From the NCBI GenBank assembly GCA_018665965.1, contig JABJBF010000023.1:1-64000 (forward strand): a DNA stretch of 64,000 nucleotides, written 5' to 3'. The position numbers and the translations under genes were made by a program. Below, piece after piece: positions 44,673-56,492 of the stretch. Below the pieces are notes generated by a model that was given only the letters and a program-made list of their open reading frames with translations, was not told the origin of the DNA and did not search any database. Each line of letters begins with the position of its first letter. Positions within the stretch are counted from its first letter, which is position 1. This DNA comes from Candidatus Falkowbacteria bacterium. GTDB lineage: Bacteria > Patescibacteriota > Patescibacteriia > UBA11705 > JABHMO01.

Positions 44673-44903
44673 CGATGTGTTGTTTCTGTAGATTGTTGGG
44701 CTTATTGGCCTGTGACTCGTTACACCGAGTTAACTTTGACCAACTGCGGTATTTCTCCGCCATGCCCCCATGGTTCACCTCCTTTTTTCGACAATAGTTT
44801 TTTCTATGAAACATGTAGCCACATTATAGCATAAATCTATAATCTTGTCAAGTGCCGTGGGATACATGGACAAATTGCTAAATTTTGCTATAATTTAGTT
44901 AAT

Positions 44904-45548
44904 ATGATTTACATTGTTGGAACCCCAATTGGAAATTTACAGGATATGACATTACGTGCAATTGAAGTATTGAAAAATGTAGATGTTATTCTTTGTGAAG
45001 ATACCCGGCAAACTAGAAAGTTGGTTGAAAAGTTTGAATTGAAGAAAAAGCTAATCAGCTTACATCAGCATTCATCAGAAGAAAAAATTGAAAGGCTGAT
45101 TGCTGAATATGAAGACATCGCTTATGTGTCCGATGCTGGAACCCCAGGAATTTCTGATCCTGGTGGTAAATTAGTTCAATTAGCAATTGAAGCTGGGTAT
45201 GAAGTTTGTCCAATTCCAGGACCAAGCGCAGTAGCTTCTGCTTTATCAATTTCAGGTTATCCAACCGATAAGTTCCTGTTTCTAGGATTTATGCCTCGCA
45301 AGGGGCAACAAAAGACGTTAGACTTAATGAAAAATTCAAAATATACAGTTTGTTTTTATGAATCACCACACAGAATCATTAAAACACTAGAAAAGTTGAA
45401 AACTGAACTTGAAGAAGATCGACAAATTGTAGTTGCTCGTGAATTAACTAAAAAATTTGAAACAATATATAGAGGTACAGCTGAAGAAATTCTAGAACAA
45501 GTAAAAGAAAAAGGTGAGTTTACAGTTGTTATTTCGCCAAAAAAATAA
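44904..45548 (+). CDS. rsmI: 16S rRNA (cytidine1402-2'-O)-methyltransferase RsmI-like (tetrapyrrole-methylase fold)
   Basis: 'MIYIVGTPIGNLQDMTLRAIEVLKNVDVILCEDTR' RsmI N-terminus; 214 aa (short). Confidence 0.65.
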   Translation: MIYIVGTPIGNLQDMTLRAIEVLKNVDVILCEDTRQTRKLVEKFELKKKLISLHQHSSEEKIERLIAEYEDIAYVSDAGTPGISDPGGKLVQLAIEAGYEVCPIPGPSAVASALSISGYPTDKFLFLGFMPRKGQQKTLDLMKNSKYTVCFYESPHRIIKTLEKLKTELEEDRQIVVARELTKKFETIYRGTAEEILEQVKEKGEFTVVISPKK

Positions 45549-45549
45549 T

Positions 45550-47067
45550 ATGGAAAAAAATAAATTTTACATTACAACTCCCATTTACTATGTAAATGAC
45601 AAGCCACACATTGGACATGCCTATACTACAATTGTTGCAGATGTGTTGGCTCGCTATAATCGTTTCAAACTTGGAAGCGATAAGGTTTGGTTTTTGACTG
45701 GGACTGATGAACATGGTGCCAAGGTCGCTCAGTCAGCAAAAGCAGAAAACAAGGAGCCACAGATTTTTGTGGATGAGGTCTCTGCTGAGTTTAAGTCGGC
45801 TTGGGGAAAATTAAATATTTCATTTGATGATTTTATTCGTACAACTGAAGATCGACATGAAAAAGTGGTTGGTGAGGTTCTGACAAAGTTAAAATCCGCA
45901 AAAACGCCGAAGGGTAACGATTTTATTTTCAAGGACACTTATGAAGGATTGTATTGTGTTGGTTGTGAGGCATATAAAAAAGAAGATGATTTGGTAGAAG
46001 GTAAATGTCCTGATCATAACAAAGAACCTCAAACATTGTCTGAAGAAAATTGGTATATAAAGTTGTCTGACTATGCAGATGTATTAAAGAAAAAGATTGA
46101 GTCAGATGAGATTAAGATTTTACCGGCTGACAAAAAGAAAGAGGTGTTAAGTTTTATTGAACACGGTTTGGAAGATATTGCTGTTAGTCGCGCAAATGTT
46201 GATTGGGGAATTCCGGTCCCGTTTGATAAAAAGCAAACAATTTATGTTTGGGTTGACGCTTTGATCAATTATATCTCAGCTCTTGGGTTTCCTTCGGGAG
46301 AAAACTTCAAAGAGTTTTGGCCGGCTGATACGCATTTATTAGCAAAGGACATTTTGAAATTTCATTGTATTATTTGGCCGGTAATGCTTCTGGCTGCTGA
46401 GATTGAACAACCAAAAGAACTGTTTGTGCATGGCTTCTTTACCTTAAACGGAAAAAAAATGAGTAAAACGTTGGGTAATGTCATTGACCCCAATGACCTG
46501 GTTGAGGAATACGGAGCTGATGCGGCTCGTTATTTAATAATTTCTCAATTTGTATTTGGCCAGGACGGTGATGTGAAAGTTGATGAGTTTCCAGTTAAGT
46601 TTAATGCTGATTTGGCGAATGGCATCGGTAATCTTACTAGTCGTGTTTTAAGTATGGCTGAAAAGTATTGTGATTCAAAGGTTCCGAACAAAAAGTTTGA
46701 CACTAACTTGGATTTAAAAAAAACCTGGCAAAAAATTGATAAAGGTTTTACGGATTATAAGATTTTTGAAAACCTGAGAGAAGTTTGGGATGTAATTAGC
46801 TGGTGTGATGGATACATTGATAAAACAAAGCCGTGGGTTCTTGGAAAGGAAAATAAGCAAACCGAACTTGATCAAGTGATATATAATCTTCTAGAAATAC
46901 TTCGTCACTTAGGTTGGTTACTTAAGCCAATTCTTCCAGAAACGAGCGCGGAAATTCTAATGCGTCTCGGCGAAGACGAATTAGCTTATGAAGAAGCTAC
47001 AAAAGTCGGCCGAATTAAACCCGGAACTAAGGTTGAAAAAGGTGAACCACTATTTATCCGTAAATAA
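45550..47067 (+). CDS. metG: Methionyl-tRNA synthetase
   Basis: 'PIYYVNDKPHIGHAY' (HIGH) and 'KMSKTLGN' (KMSKS). Start is taken at the Met immediately after the rsmI stop. Confidence 0.85.
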   Translation: MEKNKFYITTPIYYVNDKPHIGHAYTTIVADVLARYNRFKLGSDKVWFLTGTDEHGAKVAQSAKAENKEPQIFVDEVSAEFKSAWGKLNISFDDFIRTTEDRHEKVVGEVLTKLKSAKTPKGNDFIFKDTYEGLYCVGCEAYKKEDDLVEGKCPDHNKEPQTLSEENWYIKLSDYADVLKKKIESDEIKILPADKKKEVLSFIEHGLEDIAVSRANVDWGIPVPFDKKQTIYVWVDALINYISALGFPSGENFKEFWPADTHLLAKDILKFHCIIWPVMLLAAEIEQPKELFVHGFFTLNGKKMSKTLGNVIDPNDLVEEYGADAARYLIISQFVFGQDGDVKVDEFPVKFNADLANGIGNLTSRVLSMAEKYCDSKVPNKKFDTNLDLKKTWQKIDKGFTDYKIFENLREVWDVISWCDGYIDKTKPWVLGKENKQTELDQVIYNLLEILRHLGWLLKPILPETSAEILMRLGEDELAYEEATKVGRIKPGTKVEKGEPLFIRK

Positions 47068-47074
47068 CTTTATG

Positions 47075-47123
47075 TTGTGCCTTATTACCTTGTTTCGCCA
47101 TATTTAGCCTTATTAATTGTATG
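47075..47123 (+). repeat. ~45-bp intergenic repeat, copy 3 (gtgccttattaccttgtttcgccatatttagccttattaattgtATG)
   Basis: Same family as 16449 and 16569; ends at the tatD start codon. Confidence 0.5.
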
Positions 47124-47951
47124 TTCGATACTCATGCGCATGTAAACTTTAGCGCATACAAAGAAGACTCAGACGAAGTGATTAAACGCGCGCAAGAAAA
47201 AGGCGTTGGAATGATTTTGGTTGGTTCGCAGTACTCGACCAGTGAACGAGCAGTTCAAATGGCAGAAAAGTATGAATCTGGTGTTTATGTTGCTGTTGCC
47301 TTGCATCCAATTCATTTACAAGAAAGGGAAGTCTCTCATCAAGTTGATAATAAAGAAAAAGTGGAGTTTGTTTCTCGGGCGGAAGAATTTGATTATGATA
47401 AATATTTACAACTTGGAAAAAGTTCAGATAAAATAGTCGCTATCGGTGAAACGGGGTTGGATTATTACCATTTAACAGAAGATGATAAAGATGAGCAGAT
47501 TACAAAACAAAAACAAGTTCTAATCAAACATATAGAATTGGCGAATGAATTGGATTTACCTATGATTCTTCATTGTCGTGAAGCGTATGAGGATTTAATT
47601 CAGATTTTGAAAAATAATCGAATTAAAAAGGGGGGAGTTATTCACTGTTTTATTGGTTCAGCCGAACAAGCTGTTGAATTAGTTGATTTAGGTTTTTATT
47701 TAGGGTTTAATGGTGTGATCACATTTAACAAGGCAGAAAAATATCATGAAGTGATTAAACAAACCTCACTAGAAAAAATTGTTACAGAAACAGATTGTCC
47801 GTATTTAACTCCTGTTCCACATAGGGGAAAAAGGAACGAACCGGCCTTTGTGGAATATGTGATTGCCAAGATTGCTGAATTGAAGGGTTTGTCCGTTCAA
47901 CAAGTTGAAAAACAAACTGATGAAAATGCTAAGAAATTGTTCAAGTTATAA
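47121..47951 (+). CDS. tatD: TatD-family metal-dependent DNase/hydrolase
   Basis: 'MFDTHAH', 'GETGLDY', 'HCR', 'ETDCPYL' motifs. Confidence 0.8.
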   Translation: MFDTHAHVNFSAYKEDSDEVIKRAQEKGVGMILVGSQYSTSERAVQMAEKYESGVYVAVALHPIHLQEREVSHQVDNKEKVEFVSRAEEFDYDKYLQLGKSSDKIVAIGETGLDYYHLTEDDKDEQITKQKQVLIKHIELANELDLPMILHCREAYEDLIQILKNNRIKKGGVIHCFIGSAEQAVELVDLGFYLGFNGVITFNKAEKYHEVIKQTSLEKIVTETDCPYLTPVPHRGKRNEPAFVEYVIAKIAELKGLSVQQVEKQTDENAKKLFKL

Positions 47952-48065
47952 TAAAATATAAGAAAACCTGTTTATGTAAAAAACAGGTTTTTTATTACAT
48001 TTCTGGCATGTGTACAAAACTCTTGACCCTTTTTCAATTTAATGATAGAATGAAGTTGCTTTCAT

Positions 48066-48335
48066 ATGCTTAAAGATAAAAAACAAGACAAATTATGGTG
48101 GAAACCGGCAATTGAATTTTTTGCGCAGGTTTCAGGATGGATTGTTTTCCCAATTATAGCGGGGCTTTATTTAGGGCGCTGGATTGATACTAAGTTTGAA
48201 AGCGAGCCACTCTACCTAATCGTTTGTTTAGCAGTGGCTTTTTTAATTACCAATATTGGTTTGATTGTAATAACAATCCGAGAAATGAAGAAGATGGATA
48301 AACCGAACAAATCGAAGGAAACTAAAGAAATATGA
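48066..48335 (+). CDS. Small membrane protein, AtpI/AtpZ-like (ATP synthase operon leader gene)
   Basis: Two TM helices; immediately upstream of and overlapping atpB. Confidence 0.45.
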   Translation: MLKDKKQDKLWWKPAIEFFAQVSGWIVFPIIAGLYLGRWIDTKFESEPLYLIVCLAVAFLITNIGLIVITIREMKKMDKPNKSKETKEI

Positions 48336-49231
48336 ATTTGCAACTAGAAGAAAATCATGAGAATGAAAATCTCCAGGTAATCATTAATAATGAGGAGGTT
48401 GGAAATCAGGAGACACATGCCACTAAAGAACATATAGGGCATGAAATAACCCTTGGTGCTGAGCCAATTCTTAATGTTGGAAATTTTACTATTACTAATT
48501 CATTGTTAAATACCTGGATTGTGGTTGTGGTTTTGGTTGTTTTGGCCGTTGCAATAAGAATAAAACTTAAACAAATACCAAAAGGGATTCAAAATATTTT
48601 TGAGATGATTGTTGAGGGAGGTGTAAATCTTTGTGATTCAGTTACCGGTGATCATAAAAAATCCATGAAAGTGTTCCCAATTGTCTTAACCTTTTTCGTT
48701 TTTATTTTGATGAATAATTGGTTGGGCTTACTGCCTGGAATCGGGTCTATTGGATTTATTCAAGAGGGCCTTGGTCATAAAGTTTTTGTACCACTTTTTC
48801 GGGGAGGAACAGCTGATTTGAATACTACTTTAGCCCTTGCTCTAATATCTGTAGTTGTGGCCAACATTTTTGGTATGATCTCAGTTGGCACATTTAAGCA
48901 TTTGAATAAATTTGTTAATTTGAAGGCGTTGGCGCATATTCCAATGAAAATTAGAAAAGACCCAACTATTGTGGTGGTCAATCCAATTAAGTTTTTCGTT
49001 GGGTTGGTTGAAATAATTGGAGAGATTGCTAAAGTTGCTTCTTTGTCATTTCGTTTATTTGGGAATGTTTTTGCAGGTGAAGTGCTATTGTCGTCAATTG
49101 CCGTTATTTTTGCATTTGGTCTGCCAATTCCGTTTATGTTCTTGGAGATAATCGTTGGTGTAATTCAAGCCTTGATATTTGCTATGTTGAGTTTAGTATA
49201 TTTTTCTATTGCCATGAGTGACGAACATTAA
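48332..49231 (+). CDS. atpB: F-type ATP synthase subunit a
   Basis: 'SLSFRLFGNVFAGE' with the conserved Arg; 5-6 TM. Confidence 0.85.
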   Translation: MNLQLEENHENENLQVIINNEEVGNQETHATKEHIGHEITLGAEPILNVGNFTITNSLLNTWIVVVVLVVLAVAIRIKLKQIPKGIQNIFEMIVEGGVNLCDSVTGDHKKSMKVFPIVLTFFVFILMNNWLGLLPGIGSIGFIQEGLGHKVFVPLFRGGTADLNTTLALALISVVVANIFGMISVGTFKHLNKFVNLKALAHIPMKIRKDPTIVVVNPIKFFVGLVEIIGEIAKVASLSFRLFGNVFAGEVLLSSIAVIFAFGLPIPFMFLEIIVGVIQALIFAMLSLVYFSIAMSDEH

Positions 49232-49300
49232 TTAATTATTAATATAATTAACTGAATAACGACTTTAAACAAGAAACAATCCAGTCGATTTGAAAGTTAA

Positions 49301-49522
<222 letters not shown>

Positions 49523-49611
49523 TATTTTTGTTCTGCTTCGAAATTATTCGGAGCAGGTCCAAGAGTATTATCTTTATAGCTTTATAAACTTTTAACTTTT
49601 AACTATTTTAT

Positions 49612-50124
49612 ATGGATGATTTAATAAAAACATTTCACATTGACTGGCGATTATTAATAGCGCAAAGTGTTAATTTTGTAATTGTTATTGTAGTGCTTGG
49701 AGTCTTTGCTTTGAAGCCTTTGGTTAAGTTAATGAAAGAACGTGAGGAAAAAATCAAAAAAGGTATTACTGATGCAGAAAAAATTGAGGGAAAAATGTTA
49801 GAGATTGAAGAAGAAAGAGAAGTGGAAGTAAAAAAGGGAAGAAAGGAAGCTCAGGGCATTATTTCTAAGTCAGAAAAACAGGGAGAAGAGGTGCGAGCAG
49901 AAAAAGTAACTAAAGCACAAAAGGAAGTCGAAAAAATTATTACTGATGCACGCTCACAGATCGGTGCTGAGCGAACATTGATGTTGAAGGATGTTAAAGA
50001 TGAACTTGGCGGACTAATAGCCTTGGCGTTGGATAAAATTGCATCTGGGTCAATTGATGAAAAAAAACATAAGAAATTAATTGAGCAAACAATCGCGGAC
50101 TTGAAAAATGCGGATTTGAAATAA
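49612..50124 (+). CDS. atpF: F-type ATP synthase subunit b
   Basis: N-terminal TM followed by a long charged helix; operon position. Confidence 0.75.
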   Translation: MDDLIKTFHIDWRLLIAQSVNFVIVIVVLGVFALKPLVKLMKEREEKIKKGITDAEKIEGKMLEIEEEREVEVKKGRKEAQGIISKSEKQGEEVRAEKVTKAQKEVEKIITDARSQIGAERTLMLKDVKDELGGLIALALDKIASGSIDEKKHKKLIEQTIADLKNADLK

Positions 50125-50126
50125 CT

Positions 50127-50666
50127 ATGAAAATTGCCAAAATAAAACATTACGCAAAATCGTTGATTGAGCTAGGGGTGGAACACAACTGCTACGATCA
50201 AATAATTGACGAATTAAAGAATGTAGAAGAAAAGCTGGCAGAGAATTTGGATTTTAAAAAATATTTAATGAATAAGCAGGTTACTTTTGCTCAAAAAAAG
50301 GAAGCATTAAGTAATATTTTCCAGGATTTTCTAAGTAAAAGAACTTATAATTTTTTGTATCTCTTAATCAAAAATAATAAGTTAATATATCTTTCCCAAA
50401 TTTTACAACAAACTAAAAAATCTAACCTGAAAAATAATGAAATTGAAGAAATAGTAGTGGAGTCAGTTATCCCATTAACCCCAGAAATGGAGAAGGCAAT
50501 AAACCAAATTGTAAAAAAGAAGATCGGTTCAAGTGTTGTTTTGCGAAATGTTATAAATGAAAGCTTGTTGGGGGGATTGAAAATAATTATTGGTGATATG
50601 GTTATTGATGGTAGTGTTTACGGAAAAATAAATCGTCTTGAGAAAAAAATAGAAAACTTTGAATAA
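50127..50666 (+). CDS. atpH: F-type ATP synthase subunit delta
   Basis: OSCP-like ~180 aa; position between atpF and atpA. Confidence 0.7.
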   Translation: MKIAKIKHYAKSLIELGVEHNCYDQIIDELKNVEEKLAENLDFKKYLMNKQVTFAQKKEALSNIFQDFLSKRTYNFLYLLIKNNKLIYLSQILQQTKKSNLKNNEIEEIVVESVIPLTPEMEKAINQIVKKKIGSSVVLRNVINESLLGGLKIIIGDMVIDGSVYGKINRLEKKIENFE

Positions 50667-50702
50667 ATATATAAACATTAATTTTTAATAATTTTATTTA
50701 TT

Positions 50703-52235
50703 ATGTCGAAAAATAAAGACTTTGTAGTTGAAACATTAAAAAAACAGATTGCTGATTTTGATGAGAACATGTCAGTTGAAGAAACAGGACGAGTTGTTGA
50801 AGTTGGTGATGGAATTGCAAAAATAGCTGGTCTTTCTGAGGTTATGTCTGCTGAAATGTTGGATTTTGGCAATGGTGTATTTGGAGTTGCTTTGAATTTA
50901 GAGGAAGAATTAGTTGGAGCAATGATTTTGGGTGACTGTCTTGAAATTAAGGAAGGGACAATTGTTAAAAGTACAGGTAAAATTTTGCAAGTTCCAGTAG
51001 GGGAAGCAACTATCGGTCGTGTTCTTGATCCTTTGGGAGCTCCATTAGACGGTAAAGGAAAAATTCAAACAGAAACTTTTTATCCTGTTGAAAAGATCGC
51101 GCCGGGAGTTATTACTAGAAAATCAGTGCATCAGCCTGTTCAAACAGGAATTAAAGCTATTGATTCAATGATTCCAATTGGACGTGGACAACGAGAATTA
51201 ATTATTGGTGATAGGCAAACAGGAAAAACCGCAATTGCTATTGATACTATTATTAATCAAAAAGGTAAGGACTTAATTTGTGTATACGTGGCTATCGGTC
51301 AGAAAGAATCAAAAATTGCAAAGATTGTTGCTAAGCTGGAAGAAGAAGGTGCAATGGAGCACACAATTATTGTATTAGCTGGAGCATCTATGCCAGCTTC
51401 AATTAGTTATATCGCGCCACAGGCGGGCTGTGCCATGGCTGAGTACTTTTTGGATCAAGGCAAAGACGTTTTGATTGTGTATGATGATTTATCCAAGCAT
51501 GCCGTAGCTTATCGTGAGATTTCCTTGCTTCTAAAACGTCCACCTGGGCGTGAAGCTTATCCTGGTGATGTGTTTTACTTACATTCACGTCTACTTGAGC
51601 GGTCTGCTAAATTGAATGAAGATTTTGGTGGTGGTTCTATTACTGCTTTACCAATAATTGAAACACAGGCAGGCGATATTTCAGCTTACATCCCAACAAA
51701 TGTTATTTCTATTACTGACGGTCAAATATTTTTAGAAAATGATTTATTTAATCAAGGTATTAGACCTGCTGTTAACGTTGGTTTGTCAGTTTCTCGTGTT
51801 GGGTCAAGTGCTCAAATCAAAGCCATGAAAAAAGTGGCTGGGAAATTACGATTAGAAGTTGCTCAATATCGTGAATTAGCAGCTTTTGCTCAATTTGGAT
51901 CTGATCTGGATGAATCAACTCAAAAGCAATTGGAAACTGGAAAGAGAATTACAGAAATTCTAAAACAAGGCCAATATCAACCAGTAGAAGTTGAAAAGCA
52001 AGTTATTATTATTTATTCAGTAATTAATGGTCATTTGGATGATATACAAGTAGCAAAAGTTAGCGAATTTGAAAATGGTTTATATAAATACTTTGATAAT
52101 AATGCTAAGGATGTATTGCTAGATCTAAAAAAGAAGGGTGCACTTGATGAAAAATTAGAAAAAGATATCGTTAAAATTGTTAAAGATTATAAGGGAACTG
52201 TTGAGGAAATGTTAATAAAAACAGAAAAAGCATAA
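50703..52235 (+). CDS. atpA: F-type ATP synthase subunit alpha
   Basis: 'GDRQTGKT' Walker A; '[32 protein letters not shown]'. Confidence 0.9.
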   Translation: MSKNKDFVVETLKKQIADFDENMSVEETGRVVEVGDGIAKIAGLSEVMSAEMLDFGNGVFGVALNLEEELVGAMILGDCLEIKEGTIVKSTGKILQVPVGEATIGRVLDPLGAPLDGKGKIQTETFYPVEKIAPGVITRKSVHQPVQTGIKAIDSMIPIGRGQRELIIGDRQTGKTAIAIDTIINQKGKDLICVYVAIGQKESKIAKIVAKLEEEGAMEHTIIVLAGASMPASISYIAPQAGCAMAEYFLDQGKDVLIVYDDLSKHAVAYREISLLLKRPPGREAYPGDVFYLHSRLLERSAKLNEDFGGGSITALPIIETQAGDISAYIPTNVISITDGQIFLENDLFNQGIRPAVNVGLSVSRVGSSAQIKAMKKVAGKLRLEVAQYRELAAFAQFGSDLDESTQKQLETGKRITEILKQGQYQPVEVEKQVIIIYSVINGHLDDIQVAKVSEFENGLYKYFDNNAKDVLLDLKKKGALDEKLEKDIVKIVKDYKGTVEEMLIKTEKA

Positions 52236-52240
52236 TATCT

Positions 52241-53200
52241 ATGGCAAAAGGTACAAGAGAAATTAAACGTCGATTAAAATCAGTCGGTAATACTAGGAAA
52301 ATTACCAAGGCTATGGAAATGGTCGCTGCTGCAAAAATGCGCAAAGCGGTTGATTCAGTTTTGGCAACACGTGACTATTCAAATTTAGCCTGGGCAACAG
52401 TATTGAATTTAGCTGAGCGAACAGACTCGGATAAGCATGTGCTATTGGTTAACCGTCATAAGATTGAAAATGTCGCTTTGGTTTTGATTGGATCAAATCG
52501 TGGCTTATGTGGTGGATTTAATCTTCAAGTTGTACAAAAAGCAATTGCTTCAATAAAAAAACATGAAAAAAATATAAAAACTACGGAAGTTATAACTTTG
52601 GGCTCGAAACCAAGGGATATAATTAAAAGCGCTGGATATAATATCGTGGCAGATTTCCAAAAGCAAGATTTAACTTTAACCGCTGATGAGGTGGCGCCGG
52701 TTGCTTCAATTGCCATAAAAGATTTTAGTAGTGGCAAGTATGATAAAGTGTTTGTGGCTTTTACAGATTTTGAGTCAAGTATGAAACAAACAGTACGAGT
52801 AAAACAGCTTTTGCCAATTGAGTCAGAACCAGATGAGTATTTAGGTGTTGTAGGTAAAAGTGAAGGTGCTGGTGTTGGAACCAGAAAACAGTTTATTGAC
52901 GAAAAAAGAAAAAGATATTTAATTAAAGGCAAGTACAGTTATGAATATCTTTTTGAACCAAGCGCAGAGAAAGTATTGGAACAGTTACTCCCACGTTTAA
53001 TTGAAGTACAGGTTTATCAAGCTGTTTTGGAGTCAGAAGCTTCAGAGCATAGTGCTCGAATGATGGCGATGAAAAATGCCTCTGATGCTGCAGAGGATAT
53101 GATTAGTGATTTGACTTTGTCTTTTAATCAAGCCAGACAAGCTGCCATTACTCAGGAGATCGCCGAGATTAGTTCTGGGGCTGCGGCGTCAAAGTCTTAA
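52241..53200 (+). CDS. atpG: F-type ATP synthase subunit gamma
   Basis: N-terminus 'IKRRLKSVGNTRKITKAMEMVAAAKMRKA' and C-terminal helix 'ARQAAITQEIAEI'. Confidence 0.85.
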   Translation: MAKGTREIKRRLKSVGNTRKITKAMEMVAAAKMRKAVDSVLATRDYSNLAWATVLNLAERTDSDKHVLLVNRHKIENVALVLIGSNRGLCGGFNLQVVQKAIASIKKHEKNIKTTEVITLGSKPRDIIKSAGYNIVADFQKQDLTLTADEVAPVASIAIKDFSSGKYDKVFVAFTDFESSMKQTVRVKQLLPIESEPDEYLGVVGKSEGAGVGTRKQFIDEKRKRYLIKGKYSYEYLFEPSAEKVLEQLLPRLIEVQVYQAVLESEASEHSARMMAMKNASDAAEDMISDLTLSFNQARQAAITQEIAEISSGAAASKS

Positions 53201-53252
53201 ATTGAAAATTAATTTTGTGTAATTATATAATTATAAATCTTTAATCTAATAA

Positions 53253-54623
<1,371 letters not shown>

Positions 54624-54630
54624 AAAACAC

Positions 54631-55086
54631 ATGAAAATTAATTTTAAAATTGCTACACCAGAAAAAGTCGTTTACAAAGACGACGTTGATTCGGTTACTG
54701 TTCCTACAGAAATGGGTGAAATTACAATTTTGCCAAATCATATTCCGCTAATTTCTATTTTAAAAGCTGGTGAAATTATTATTAGGAAGGGAGAAGGTGA
54801 AACAACGGTGTCAGTTGCTGGAGGTTTTCTTGAAGTATTGTCAACTAAAGTTGTAGTTTTAGCAGACAGAGCAGAGCGATCAGAGGAAATTGATTTAGAA
54901 AGAGCTAAAGTTGCTATGCAGAGAGCAACAGATTTGAGAGAACAAAAAGCAGTTGACTCTCGAGAGTTTGCAGCCCTGACTGCACAAATAGAAAAAGAGC
55001 TGGCTCGAATTAGAGTCGGTCGTAAGCATTTACGACGCATTGAACAGCGGGGAATAAATATTAAAGATTATGAACATAAAGGTTAA
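54631..55086 (+). CDS. atpC: F-type ATP synthase subunit epsilon
   Basis: Beta-sandwich N-terminus 'VPTEMGEITILPNHIPL' plus C-terminal helices. Confidence 0.8.
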   Translation: MKINFKIATPEKVVYKDDVDSVTVPTEMGEITILPNHIPLISILKAGEIIIRKGEGETTVSVAGGFLEVLSTKVVVLADRAERSEEIDLERAKVAMQRATDLREQKAVDSREFAALTAQIEKELARIRVGRKHLRRIEQRGINIKDYEHKG

Positions 55087-55110
55087 TAATAATAATTTTA
55101 AATTCAAATT

Positions 55111-55521
55111 ATGTCACACAATTGCAACAATCTTTTAATTACCTGCATGGATTTTCGATTTCATAAAGCTATTTGTTGTTGGGTAAATGAGAACGGATTA
55201 ACAAAAGATTATGATTTAGTATCTATTGCTGGTGCACAAAAAGCATTATTGGATGAAGATACTCGTGCTACAGTTTTGAAACAAATTGAACTTTCAGTAA
55301 AACTCCACGGTATAAATACAGTTATATTTATGGCGCATCAGGATTGTGGTGCCTATGGTGGAAGTGATAGTTTTGACGATGATGAATCTGAAAAAGCAAA
55401 ATATGACGAAGATATGACAACGGCAGAAGAAATAGTAAAGAAAAAATATCCAGATATCGCTGTACGTAAAATGCTAGTTGTTTTTAATGAAGATGAAGAA
55501 ATTGAGATCAAGGAACTTTAA
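55111..55521 (+). CDS. Beta-carbonic-anhydrase-like protein (divergent CxDxR / HxDC motifs), paralog 1
   Basis: 'LITCMDFRFHKA' and 'FMAHQDCGAYGG' resemble the beta-CA 'CxDSR' / 'HxxCG' zinc-site motifs. Followed by a strong terminator (aaagcccctaaaggggcttttttg). Confidence 0.45.
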   Translation: MSHNCNNLLITCMDFRFHKAICCWVNENGLTKDYDLVSIAGAQKALLDEDTRATVLKQIELSVKLHGINTVIFMAHQDCGAYGGSDSFDDDESEKAKYDEDMTTAEEIVKKKYPDIAVRKMLVVFNEDEEIEIKEL

Positions 55522-55640
55522 GATAAACGTTAAAAGCCCCTAAAGGGGCTTTTTTGAGTTATTTTGCAATAGTACTTGACAATATTATAATATGTGCTAA
55601 ACTTTACAATCAGTCAAGTTCTTTACACAGGAGGGAAAAA

Positions 55641-56492
55641 ATGTCGCATAACTGTGCTTCTTTATTGGTTACATGTATGGATTTTAGGATCCAAGGTGCT
55701 GTTCACAAGTTCATGATTGATAATGGACTACGGGACGATTGTGATGTAGTCACAATTCCTGGTGGACAGAAAATGTTGGCCGATGTAATAACTCGTGACA
55801 GTACCATGAAGATGGTAAACTTGTCAGTTGATCTACATGGAGTAACTGAGGTTTACTTGGTTGCTCATGATGATTGTGGCGCTTATGGTGGAACTCAAAA
55901 GTTCAGAGATCGAGCAGCTGAGCGTAAAGCTTACAAAGCTGATCTGGAAAAAGCTGTTGCTAACATCAAGCGCAAGCATCCCAAATTGACTGTCTGGGTC
56001 AAGCTGGCCGTGTTTGATGGCGAACGTTGGAGGGTGGTTGACTTTACTGAAGACACTTCAATTGGGGTGACTGCCCACGGTGGACCGCCGGATTTTAGCC
56101 AAGGCGCCAAGGCTAACAGAGCTGAGGCGCCTGAAGTTACGCCTGAGCCTGAAGAAGATGAAGGTGTCATGGTTGACACAACTGACGATCATCCAAGTGA
56201 AATTGAAGTCGGACCAAATCCCGATGAGATTATTCTTGATTACGATGATGACGCGGGTGTTATCCTTGTTGATGCGGATGAAGTCGAAGTGCTAGATCCT
56301 ATTATTCTTGATGATGAGGATGTTATCATTGATGAAATCGAAAGTATGATCCTTGTTGATGCGGACGAGGTCGAAGTAGCAATCGAAGAAGATGAGTTTG
56401 AGTCTGAAGTATTAGTCGAAGATGAGACCTCAACAGTTACCGTTGATCCTTACTGGCAGTCAAATACCAGTGGGCGACGACGCCGTTTGTAA
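55641..56492 (+). CDS. Beta-carbonic-anhydrase-like protein, paralog 2, with a long acidic D/E/V-rich repetitive C-terminal extension
   Basis: 'LVTCMDFRIQGA' and 'LVAHDDCGAYGG'. Tail has 'ILVDADEVEV' repeated twice. Start at the internal Met with SD 'aggaggg'. Confidence 0.45.
   Translation: MSHNCASLLVTCMDFRIQGAVHKFMIDNGLRDDCDVVTIPGGQKMLADVITRDSTMKMVNLSVDLHGVTEVYLVAHDDCGAYGGTQKFRDRAAERKAYKADLEKAVANIKRKHPKLTVWVKLAVFDGERWRVVDFTEDTSIGVTAHGGPPDFSQGAKANRAEAPEVTPEPEEDEGVMVDTTDDHPSEIEVGPNPDEIILDYDDDAGVILVDADEVEVLDPIILDDEDVIIDEIESMILVDADEVEVAIEEDEFESEVLVEDETSTVTVDPYWQSNTSGRRRRL

Noticed and set aside
44770-44790. 'ggttcacctcctttttt' looked like the anti-SD end of 16S rRNA in reverse
   Set aside because: Only the SD-complementary core matches. 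There is no flanking 16S-like sequence, so it reads better as a strong Shine-Dalgarno on the minus strand.
44492-44814. ORFs 44492..44797 (+) and 44605..44814 (-) in the long noncoding region
   Set aside because: They overlap each other and read through a GC hairpin plus T-run. Their translations have no start context or protein-like composition. The region was kept only as a possible ncRNA/micro-ORF locus.
45514-45549. Upstream extension of metG (MSLQLLFRQKNN...) overlapping rsmI
   Set aside because: The Met at 45550 directly follows the rsmI stop and precedes the conserved aaRS N-terminus, so the extension is unnecessary.
55554-55640. 29-aa N-terminal extension of the second beta-CA-like gene
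   Set aside because: The internal Met has a strong SD (aggaggg) and aligns with the start of the upstream paralog (MSHNC...). The extension overlaps the promoter region.
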